Below, piece after piece: positions 29,304-37,553 of a stretch of 64,000 nt of DNA. The notes beneath the pieces are model-generated. The model was not told the DNA's origin and ran no database searches. It worked only from the letters and a program-made list of their open reading frames with translations. Position 1 is the stretch's first letter; every line of letters starts with the position of its first letter. The position numbers and the translations under genes are program-made. Source of the stretch: Desulfomonilia bacterium (GTDB lineage Bacteria; Desulfobacterota; Desulfomonilia; UBA1062). The stretch covers positions 1-64,000 of the forward strand of contig JBEKDT010000010.1 of the NCBI GenBank assembly GCA_050014195.1. Direction: 5' to 3'.

Positions 29304-30563
29304 ATGAATGAATCCATGCCCAACCTTGTTTTCGCCGATTGCAATGGAAACATCATGGATTTCCCCGGGCTCGCCATGGTGGGCCGCAGCGGAGATTATT
29401 TCCTGCCTGTCCAGGAGGAAGACATGATCCCTTTGCCCAAGGGGGCTCAGCTCTATGTGCTACCTGGAAGACATCCCATAGGTTATGATTGGGAGACCGG
29501 AGAGATTGTTGTATTGATGGAAAACCCCTTTGACGGATCATGTCCTGTCTACGCGGTTGCAGCCTTTCTTCCTGCCGCACACACCCAGACCTACCTTGCA
29601 GCCTGGCAATGCGCTGAGGGTGTTGCTGAACTCCCCTTGTTCGCCTATACGGCCTTGGGATGGAATGACGGGTTTGTAACTACAGCATTACGTACCGACC
29701 CCTCCCGAAGACAGGACCCGGACATGTTTGACCAGGAGAAAGTCAGGGAAGGAATTAGACAATGGAAGAGGGATTTTCCGCACAACAGACTGGTTTCGCA
29801 CCTAAGCCATTGTGCTACGGTATACGGCTGCCCGGCGGCACTCAACTTGTTCCAGGGAAGGGAGGAGGCTCCGCTGCCAACATCACCGGCATGCAATGCA
29901 TCATGTATGGGATGTATCTCCAAACAGCCCTCTGGCCGGCCGCCATCACCCCAGGAGAGGATTGCCTTTGTGCCTACACCCGAGGAAATAGCTGAGGTCG
30001 CCTTGAAACATATCAATCAGGCTTTAGACCCGGTAGTGAGCTTTGGCCAGGGTTGCGAGGGCGAGCCGCTCATGGCGAGCGACACTATCAGAGACGCAAT
30101 CATTCTCATCAGGCAAAAGACTTTCCACGGCACCATCAATCTGAACACGAATGCTAGTCTTCCCCACAAGATTGCCGAGCTCGCCGATGCAGGGCTTGAC
30201 AGCATGCGCATCAGCATGAACTCTGCAAGGAACAATACCTATGCGGCATATTTCCGGCCATCGTATTCTATTGAAACCCTTGCTGAGAGCGCACTTGAAA
30301 TGAAGAAAAGGCACAGGTTCGTGTCGGTGAACCTGTTTGTCTTCCCTGGACTTACTGATGCTCCTAAAGAAGTGGAGGCCCTGAAACAGTTCTTAGAACG
30401 AACAGGGGTTGATATGATCCAGTGGCGCAACCTCAATATGGACCCTGATGTATACTTGGAGAAGATCGGTCAGACCCTGCCTGCCGGCATCGGGATCAAA
30501 CATCTCATCGAGAGCATCCCGCTACGCAGAGGATATTTTAATCCGTACTTGGGTACCAAATGA
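29304..30563 (+). CDS. Radical SAM protein of unknown function
   Basis: CNASCMGC (CxxxCxxC), SFGQGCEGEP, NLNTNAS. Confidence 0.85.
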   Translation: MNESMPNLVFADCNGNIMDFPGLAMVGRSGDYFLPVQEEDMIPLPKGAQLYVLPGRHPIGYDWETGEIVVLMENPFDGSCPVYAVAAFLPAAHTQTYLAAWQCAEGVAELPLFAYTALGWNDGFVTTALRTDPSRRQDPDMFDQEKVREGIRQWKRDFPHNRLVSHLSHCATVYGCPAALNLFQGREEAPLPTSPACNASCMGCISKQPSGRPPSPQERIAFVPTPEEIAEVALKHINQALDPVVSFGQGCEGEPLMASDTIRDAIILIRQKTFHGTINLNTNASLPHKIAELADAGLDSMRISMNSARNNTYAAYFRPSYSIETLAESALEMKKRHRFVSVNLFVFPGLTDAPKEVEALKQFLERTGVDMIQWRNLNMDPDVYLEKIGQTLPAGIGIKHLIESIPLRRGYFNPYLGTK

Positions 30564-30564
30564 T

Positions 30565-30618
30565 TGTAGGAGCGCCTTTGGGCGCGAAAAACTTCTTTGG
30601 CTTCAAGCCGTGCCTACA
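30565..30618. repeat. Inward-facing pair of GTAG-family REP-like palindromes
   Basis: TGTAGGAGCGCCTTTGGGCGCGA on plus and TGTAGGCACGGCTTGAAGCC on minus, between convergent genes. Confidence 0.55.
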
Positions 30619-30621
30619 AGC

Positions 30622-32784
30622 TCAGAACTCCACAAAACCCCCGCCGGCATCTTCTTCAGGCAGGGACTCGTTTGCAGGCACCTCTTCCCAAAATTCCAAG
30701 AGCATGACCGTGAAGTCATCATCAAGGGTGTCCTTGCAGTTGAAGGCACGCACATCCTTTTCAATTACGTCAATGACCTCATTGCCTCGCAGGGTTTGTA
30801 TGGCATTATAGAAGCATTGAATGAGACGTTCCTTGCCGTATTGCTCACTGCAGGCGTTCTCGGTCTCCAATATGCAATCGGTGTACATGAGAAGGGCATC
30901 ACCTATTTCAATGTTGCTTTCACACCCCTCTTCATATCCGCCATCTTCAAAAGAGCCAAGAAAGAAACCGTTGGTGTCGAGTTCTAGGATCTCACCGGTG
31001 GATCTCTTGAAGAGCAGCGGGGTAGGGTGGCCGGCGTTGGAGTAGGTGATGCTCTTGGCATGCCTGTCTGTTAATACAAAGAATGCTGTAATGTAGTCTT
31101 CGTTAAGAACCGGTTTCAGCTCACCATTGAGCATATGCATGAGGATGGTGGGGCTTGCCACTGTAGCGGCCAACGCGTGGAAACTCATCTTGAACATGGA
31201 TGAAATGAGGGCAGCAGCCACACCATGACCCGAGACGTCGGCGATGATAAAGCCGGTTTGACCCTGCCCTAGGTCTACTACGTCATAGAGGTCACCGCCT
31301 ATATGAATGGAGGGGATATACTTGCAGGTGAAGCTCACCCCATTCTTATTCTCAAAAGTATCTGGTAGAAGGCTCTTCTGGAGTCTGGCCGCCATCTCGA
31401 GCTCGTCGATCATCCGCTGGTTCTGCGCATGGATGATCTCATTCTTTTCTTCCATTTCAGCAAGGGTGATGGTGAGTTTTGCAGCCTGCTCCTCCATGAG
31501 GTCTCTTGTCTCTGCACTCTCCATGAGGAGCCTCTCCATCGCTTCTTTCTGTTTGAAGGTATCCGTAACATCCGAAAAAAGGACAACTCTAAATTTACCA
31601 CCTGCTTTTGGTTCAACGGTATGGATAGTTTTTTCAATATAGCGAAGATCAAAATCTCCGAGTTCAAGGTTTATTTGCTTGTTATTATCTTCCAGCAGGT
31701 CTCTCACAATCTTGGGTGCCTCAGTAACGGTTTTACCCAAGACCTCGGATGCCTTGGTCGATGTAATGTTCTGGGCAGTCATGTTCCAGATGATGATACA
31801 ATCCTGGTCAGACACCACGAGAAGGCCTGAAGGAAATGATTTTGTAAACTGTACAATAAAATCATTATGTAATATGGGCACCTGATCATGTAAAAACCAG
31901 TTACTGTTGTCTTTACGATAGAGAAGTCTTACCCTGTTTCCACGGCCCTCATAAACAACCTCATGAAAGAAGCTTTTGGCAATCTGCACTCCAAGTCCAC
32001 TGCCGATATGGGCATTAGGGTCTGTATCGAAATTTTTTTTATAATCGAACCCCCCACCCTCGTCGGTGATATAATATTCGAGGAAGTCCTGGTCCATGTG
32101 AACATTAAATGTCACGACTCGGTTTGCATATTTCGGGTTTATCTTCCTCTGTTTAACCAGTTCCTCAAAGGTGCCTTTTTTAACCGCTTTTGCCTTTTCC
32201 TCCATGGAGATGCCAAGATTACCGTGTTCGATGGCATTGAGAAGGATCTCACTGAGTGCTATCTTGAGCATCTCTATATCCCTGCAGACTTTCCCGGCAT
32301 TCAAGACGGCCTGGTTTATGATATAAGGGATTCTCTCTCGATCATTCCCGAAAGTAATGGTCTTTACTTCGTGTATGACACTCTCACTGTCAGGTTTTAT
32401 CCCTAAGCAAAAAGACTTTTGATGATCCTGTATCATCTGTATTGACTCGAGGAGAGATGCGATGCTTAAGGGTTTTATGAGATAATCCAGGGCGCCCAGC
32501 CTCATACACTCCACGGAGAGAAAACCATCCACTCGCTCGGCAGTTACGATGATCTTGGTCATCGGATTTATCTGAACGATCTCCTTTAGGAGGATAAGCC
32601 CTGAATCATCTGACGGATCAAGAAAGAGAATAACCAGATCAGGTTTGTCACAGGTTACTTGAGTCAAGCCATCTTTTGGAGAAGATGCATGAGCAGCTTT
32701 AAATCCCTTTCGGGAAAGCTTTCGCACCAGGTCCCGTGAAGATTTATCAGGATCAATAATGAGTATATTACGTACTAATTTCAT
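30622..32784 (-). CDS. Pseudo-receiver + RsbW-like HATPase + PAS + SpoIIE/PP2C phosphatase
   Basis: EILLNAIEHGN, DEGGGFD, GSGLG kinase boxes; GGDLYD, ADVSGHG, NAGHP, DDFT phosphatase motifs. Confidence 0.85.
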   Translation of the reverse strand: MKLVRNILIIDPDKSSRDLVRKLSRKGFKAAHASSPKDGLTQVTCDKPDLVILFLDPSDDSGLILLKEIVQINPMTKIIVTAERVDGFLSVECMRLGALDYLIKPLSIASLLESIQMIQDHQKSFCLGIKPDSESVIHEVKTITFGNDRERIPYIINQAVLNAGKVCRDIEMLKIALSEILLNAIEHGNLGISMEEKAKAVKKGTFEELVKQRKINPKYANRVVTFNVHMDQDFLEYYITDEGGGFDYKKNFDTDPNAHIGSGLGVQIAKSFFHEVVYEGRGNRVRLLYRKDNSNWFLHDQVPILHNDFIVQFTKSFPSGLLVVSDQDCIIIWNMTAQNITSTKASEVLGKTVTEAPKIVRDLLEDNNKQINLELGDFDLRYIEKTIHTVEPKAGGKFRVVLFSDVTDTFKQKEAMERLLMESAETRDLMEEQAAKLTITLAEMEEKNEIIHAQNQRMIDELEMAARLQKSLLPDTFENKNGVSFTCKYIPSIHIGGDLYDVVDLGQGQTGFIIADVSGHGVAAALISSMFKMSFHALAATVASPTILMHMLNGELKPVLNEDYITAFFVLTDRHAKSITYSNAGHPTPLLFKRSTGEILELDTNGFFLGSFEDGGYEEGCESNIEIGDALLMYTDCILETENACSEQYGKERLIQCFYNAIQTLRGNEVIDVIEKDVRAFNCKDTLDDDFTVMLLEFWEEVPANESLPEEDAGGGFVEF

Positions 32785-32832
32785 AACAGCACGGCCTTTT
32801 GAGTGACCCGATTCCGGTGCTGAAGGTGGTTT

Positions 32833-33927
32833 TTATGCGACCTTCTCATGTTTACAAATATTCATGATAAATCCGGCAATAGAACTTAAGGGGAGGATCT
32901 TGGAAACCCCGCCCATCTCGATGGCCACCTTGGGCATGCCGAAGACCACACAGCTTTCTTCATCTTGTGCTATTGTAAAGGCTCCTGCTTGGTTCATCTC
33001 GCGCATGCCTCGTGCCCCATCATCACCCATACCGGTAAGAATGACGCCCAGTGCATTGGGACCTAATGTATTGGCTGCCGATCTGAACAATACATCCACT
33101 GAAGGTATGTGCCGATTTACGGGCGGCCCATCCTTTATCTTTACAAAATAGCCTCGTGGTCCCTTGTTTACGATCATATGCTTGCCGCCCGGGGCGATCA
33201 GCGCCACACCCTGTCTGAGCTCGTCATTATCTTTGGCTTCTACGACGGTCATGGCAGAAAGCCCGTTTACCCTCTTGGCAAAGGAATTGGTGAAAACCGG
33301 GGGCATATGCTGTACAATCAAGGTAGGCGGAGCATCGGAAGGGAGTTTGTTGAGGATCTGTTCCAGTGCTACGGTACCACCGGTCGATGCACCTATGATA
33401 AATATTATTTCTCCTTCTTTAACTGGGACAGCTCTTTCTGCCTTGATAACGGCATCCATGCCCAGTTTCGGAGGAACCACAAGATTCGAGGGAGATACGG
33501 CCTTTTTCAGTTTAGCCGTGGATGCGGCCTTGACCTTGGAGCAAAGGTCGATCCGCAGATCTTCGATGCCTTCGCTTATCTTGACCTTGGGTTTTGCCAG
33601 GAAATCGATGGCTCCCAAGGAGAGTGCCTTCATGGTGGCATCCGCGCCCTGTTCGGTAAGAGATGAGAACATGACCACGGGCATGGGGGATGCACGCATG
33701 AGCCTTGAGAGGAAGGTGAGCCCGTCCATCTTGGGCATCTCGATATCCAGAGTCAGCACATCGGGTTTGAGTTCTTTGATCTTGCGGATTGCAATGAGCG
33801 GGTCAGGGGCTGTCCCCACTACCTCGACAAGAGGATCTGACTCGAGGATTTCCTTGAGGAGTTTCCTCACGAGTGCCGAATCATCTACAATGAGTACTTT
33901 CACTTTATCCATATCTGTCTCACTCAA
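32833..33927 (-). CDS. cheB: Chemotaxis methylesterase response regulator
   Basis: REC plus IGASTGG, VQHMPP, PSVDVLF, LTGMG.DGA. Confidence 0.96.
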   Translation of the reverse strand: MSETDMDKVKVLIVDDSALVRKLLKEILESDPLVEVVGTAPDPLIAIRKIKELKPDVLTLDIEMPKMDGLTFLSRLMRASPMPVVMFSSLTEQGADATMKALSLGAIDFLAKPKVKISEGIEDLRIDLCSKVKAASTAKLKKAVSPSNLVVPPKLGMDAVIKAERAVPVKEGEIIFIIGASTGGTVALEQILNKLPSDAPPTLIVQHMPPVFTNSFAKRVNGLSAMTVVEAKDNDELRQGVALIAPGGKHMIVNKGPRGYFVKIKDGPPVNRHIPSVDVLFRSAANTLGPNALGVILTGMGDDGARGMREMNQAGAFTIAQDEESCVVFGMPKVAIEMGGVSKILPLSSIAGFIMNICKHEKVA

Positions 33928-34516
33928 ATAGTGTCAGTTCTCCACCATCGACCTGGAGCTTTTCCTTCTCCTGGAAGAGCTTTGTCTTATATGCCTGCTC
34001 TGCTTCTATGATCTTGGAGTCTACCGTGGACTTGAGCCTCTTGAGTAGTACCTTGGCTGTATCGGGGAAGAAGAGGATCTTTCTACCCGTATAGCCACCA
34101 ACGTCTTCTTTTACAATCTCAATCTGCTCCATTTTCAGAAAAGCCCTTACAAAATCTATGTTCGATTCGGGCACATTGCCGTCCGTCTTCCGGAAGTTCA
34201 ACACATGGCCGCCGCCAAATACCTTTGCCTGGAAGTGCTTTTGTGAACCACCCTTCTTGAGTATGTCATTGATAAGTTGCTCCATTGCGAACATACCGTA
34301 TTTCGCAGATGCCGACAAAAACATGTCTTCGGAACGGACATCCCCAGGCAGCATGAAGTGGTTCATGCCCCCCATGCCGGTCTTTATATCTTTGATACAG
34401 ACCGAGATACATGAGCCCAACACCGTTGCAATAACGTCTGATGAGCTAACATAGAATTCTCCAGGGTATATGATTACCATGGTGCGTTTGAACTTATCGC
34501 TATGCCTTTTATACAT
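33920..34516 (-). CDS. cheD: Chemoreceptor glutamine deamidase
   Basis: TVLGSCISVC, GGMNHFMLP, AKVFGG. Confidence 0.95.
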   Translation of the reverse strand: MYKRHSDKFKRTMVIIYPGEFYVSSSDVIATVLGSCISVCIKDIKTGMGGMNHFMLPGDVRSEDMFLSASAKYGMFAMEQLINDILKKGGSQKHFQAKVFGGGHVLNFRKTDGNVPESNIDFVRAFLKMEQIEIVKEDVGGYTGRKILFFPDTAKVLLKRLKSTVDSKIIEAEQAYKTKLFQEKEKLQVDGGELTLFE

Positions 34517-34517
34517 G

Positions 34518-35363
34518 CTATACCTTAATATAAACCGTATGCTTGAGGAACTTGAAGAGGTGTTTCATATGCATGAGAGACTCTGAGTGTCCGACAAACA
34601 TGTAACCATTATTCTTGAGATGGCTGTGATATTTTTTAATGAGGTCCTGTTTGGTCTCATCATTAAAATAGATCATCACATTTCTGCAAAAGATGATGTC
34701 AAAAGGTTTCTTCATGGGGTATAAAGTATCCATCAGGTTCAGTTTTCTAAAAGAAATCATGGCTTTGATGTGTGGGCTGACTTCATATCCTTGAGTAGAT
34801 CTTACGAAGTATTTTGATAAATAGCCTATTGGTACGGGCGTGATTTGCTGGCTGGTATAGACACCGCTGATGGCCCTCGTCAACACATCAGTATCAAGAT
34901 CTGTGGCAAGGATCTTCAGATCCCAGCCCCGTTCGACCTTGAAGGCATCCGCAACGACCATGGCGATGGTGTAAGGCTCCTCGCCTGATGAGCAGCCGGC
35001 GGACCAGATTCTTAATCGACGCTCTCTGCCTTTTTTTGCTTCCTCGATATACGCCGGAAAGACTTCATTTATAAGATAATCGAAATGGTGCTTTTCCCTG
35101 AAAAAATCGGTCTTATTGGTGGTTATGCGATTGATGAGGTTGTTGAACTCATCTCTCGTGTCCGAACTATTATTAAGATACTCGTAATACTCTGAAAAAG
35201 TCTGTAAGTTAAGTGCCCGGAGTCTTTTGGCGAGTCGTGCGACAATCAGGTTCCTCTTCTTCTCGGACATATGGATACCGGTCTCCCGGTAGATGATTTC
35301 CCTGAAGATCTGGAACTCTTTTTCGGATATGGAAAATGATTGTGCGCACAACGTAGTTGTCAT
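34518..35363 (-). CDS. cheR: Chemoreceptor methyltransferase
   Basis: TTNKTDFFRE, IWSAGCSSGEEPY, IFCRNVMIYF, GHSESL. Confidence 0.96.
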   Translation of the reverse strand: MTTTLCAQSFSISEKEFQIFREIIYRETGIHMSEKKRNLIVARLAKRLRALNLQTFSEYYEYLNNSSDTRDEFNNLINRITTNKTDFFREKHHFDYLINEVFPAYIEEAKKGRERRLRIWSAGCSSGEEPYTIAMVVADAFKVERGWDLKILATDLDTDVLTRAISGVYTSQQITPVPIGYLSKYFVRSTQGYEVSPHIKAMISFRKLNLMDTLYPMKKPFDIIFCRNVMIYFNDETKQDLIKKYHSHLKNNGYMFVGHSESLMHMKHLFKFLKHTVYIKV

Positions 35364-35866
35364 ACACCATCGACCATGTTCAACTCCGCATCTGAGAGCA
35401 GCTTGTCAACATCGAGGAGGATGATGAACTTGTTATCTTTGATTCCCATTCCCTGGATGAACCCGGTGCTGATCCCTGTAGAGAAATGTGGTCGTGGTTT
35501 AACATCCTCACGGTTGAGGGTAATGACATCGCTCACGGCATCAACCACAAGCCCCATGATCCTGCCTGATACATCCAGGATCATGATTACCGTAAACTGG
35601 TCATAGTCCTTTATCTCCATGCTGAAGCGTTCTCTCAGGTCAATGACAGGCACCACAATCCCCCTGAGATTGAGCACCCCCTTGATGAAACTGGGGACGT
35701 TCGGGATTGTGGTACAACTTTGGTATGCAATAATCTCATTGAGCTTGAGTATGGATATACCATAGGTCTCCGCCCCGAGCTGGAAGGTTACATACTGATT
35801 GGACAGTGCTTTTGCCTTTTCAATCTGCTTAGCCATGGATGCACTCCCCATATTAAAATTCCTCAA
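35360..35866 (-). CDS. cheW: Chemotaxis coupling protein
   Basis: QYVTF.LG.E.YG, GVLNLRG.VVPVIDL, GLVVDAV. Confidence 0.95.
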   Translation of the reverse strand: MRNFNMGSASMAKQIEKAKALSNQYVTFQLGAETYGISILKLNEIIAYQSCTTIPNVPSFIKGVLNLRGIVVPVIDLRERFSMEIKDYDQFTVIMILDVSGRIMGLVVDAVSDVITLNREDVKPRPHFSTGISTGFIQGMGIKDNKFIILLDVDKLLSDAELNMVDGV

Positions 35867-37499
35867 AGTCGTCTTCGAAATCCGGAGCGGGTGGGGCTGC
35901 CTTTACGGGCTCGACTTTTGCTTTAACAGGCTGCTGTTTCTTGTAGGAACTTTGTTTCACTTTTGTTCTTTGCTCTTCCTTGGAAACCCTAAACCGTGCA
36001 ACCGTATTGGAAAGCTCTTTTGCCTCGTTGCTTAAGCTATCCGAAGTACTTGCGAGCTCTTCCACCGTGGATGCATTCTCTTGGGTGGTGGTGTCAATCT
36101 GGGTTATCGCCCGGTTCAGCTCATCCACCCCGCTTGCCTGTTCGCTACTTGCTGCAGCTATCTCCTCCATGACCTGTGAGAGCTCCTGGATATGTTTAAT
36201 GATCTCTTCTAAGGACTCACCGGATTTCTTCACCATAACATCACCTGCACTAATCTTGTTGACCGTGTCTTCTATCAGGGCCTTGATCTGCCGTGCAGCA
36301 TCGGCTGACCTCTGGGCCAGAGCACGCACTTCTTCGGCGACAACAGCAAAACCCTTGCCGTGCTCACCAGCCCGTGCTGCCTCAACAGCTGCGTTCAAGG
36401 CCAATAGGTTGGTCTGGAAGGCCACCTCGTTGACTGTGACGATGATATCTCCGATCTTCTTGGATGCCTCAGAGATTTCGCTCATGCCCCTTACCAGTTC
36501 CTGCGCTGATTCACCACTTACATTGGCCATGCGTACCATCTCAGTCGCCTTCTGGCGGCCGTCTGTGGCGTTCTCGGCATTGTGTTTGATGGATGACGTC
36601 ATCTGCTCGATGGTTGCAGCTACCTCTTCAATGGCGGATGCCTGCTCCTGAGTTGCATGGGAGAGACCTTGAGCCCCGGCCGCCACTTCCTTGGTGGATG
36701 AATCTACCTGTTCCGATGAGTGTTTCACCCTAGTGATGACCTCTTCGAGGTTTCCTACAAAGGTATTGAACCAGGAGGCGATATCGCCGACCTCATCGGT
36801 GGTGAGCACGGGAAGCCTCTTGGAGAGGTCGGCCTCACCCTGGGCGATGTCCATCATGGTGTTGGAGATCTCCCTTGCCCTCTTTGCGATACGGCCCGCG
36901 AACACAGCGCCTATGAGGGCTGCGACAAGAGAGGAAATAGCGAGGAATATGTACATATGGAGCTGCAGGGTTCGGACATCGGCAAGGAACTCTGATACGG
37001 GGGCTGTAGCCAATAAGACCCAGTTCAAAGATTTGATGTATGTCACATAGCCCACCTTATCGACGCCTTCAATGGTGTAGTAAATGATCCTTTGCTTCTG
37101 TCCAACTCCCTTCCTGGCCCAGTCATAGGTGTCGTATATGGTCTTGTTGTTGCGAAATTCGGCCTTGGGGTGGTAAATGCACATACCATCCGGTTGGAAG
37201 ATAAGAAGATAGCCTGATTGGAAGTACTGCTCCTTTGCGGCCTCGTTAATGAGGTCGTTCTTGAGGGACTTCATGAGCTGCTCCTTGATAATATCAAGAT
37301 TCCCCTCAATGGCCGCACTACGCACCTCGGCCATTCTGGCAAAGGCATCACCCTTGACCTTGAGGTAGGAGAGAGCCTGCTTCTGCATGAAGCTGCTTGT
37401 GCTGATTCCAACATAAATGATGGCAATGAGCAGTGGAATCAAGCCAGCGCATAGTACAAGAAATGCCAGCCGTTCTCGGAGCTTCCATTTTAGTGCCAT
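35853..37499 (-). CDS. Methyl-accepting chemotaxis protein (Cache + HAMP, C-terminal pentapeptide DFEEF)
   Basis: Two TMs, QTNLLALNAAVEAARAGEHGKGFAVVAEEVRALA. Confidence 0.95.
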   Translation of the reverse strand: MALKWKLRERLAFLVLCAGLIPLLIAIIYVGISTSSFMQKQALSYLKVKGDAFARMAEVRSAAIEGNLDIIKEQLMKSLKNDLINEAAKEQYFQSGYLLIFQPDGMCIYHPKAEFRNNKTIYDTYDWARKGVGQKQRIIYYTIEGVDKVGYVTYIKSLNWVLLATAPVSEFLADVRTLQLHMYIFLAISSLVAALIGAVFAGRIAKRAREISNTMMDIAQGEADLSKRLPVLTTDEVGDIASWFNTFVGNLEEVITRVKHSSEQVDSSTKEVAAGAQGLSHATQEQASAIEEVAATIEQMTSSIKHNAENATDGRQKATEMVRMANVSGESAQELVRGMSEISEASKKIGDIIVTVNEVAFQTNLLALNAAVEAARAGEHGKGFAVVAEEVRALAQRSADAARQIKALIEDTVNKISAGDVMVKKSGESLEEIIKHIQELSQVMEEIAAASSEQASGVDELNRAITQIDTTTQENASTVEELASTSDSLSNEAKELSNTVARFRVSKEEQRTKVKQSSYKKQQPVKAKVEPVKAAPPAPDFEDDFEEF

Positions 37500-37553
37500 A
37501 TATGACTCCTTTGCCTTAAAAATTTTCTGTAAAATCTCTCATACCGAAATTAT

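Noticed and set aside
33164-36651. Long antisense ORFs over cheB and the MCP (and similar ones over tamB and the kinases)
   Set aside because: Codon-bias shadows of well-supported genes on the opposite strand
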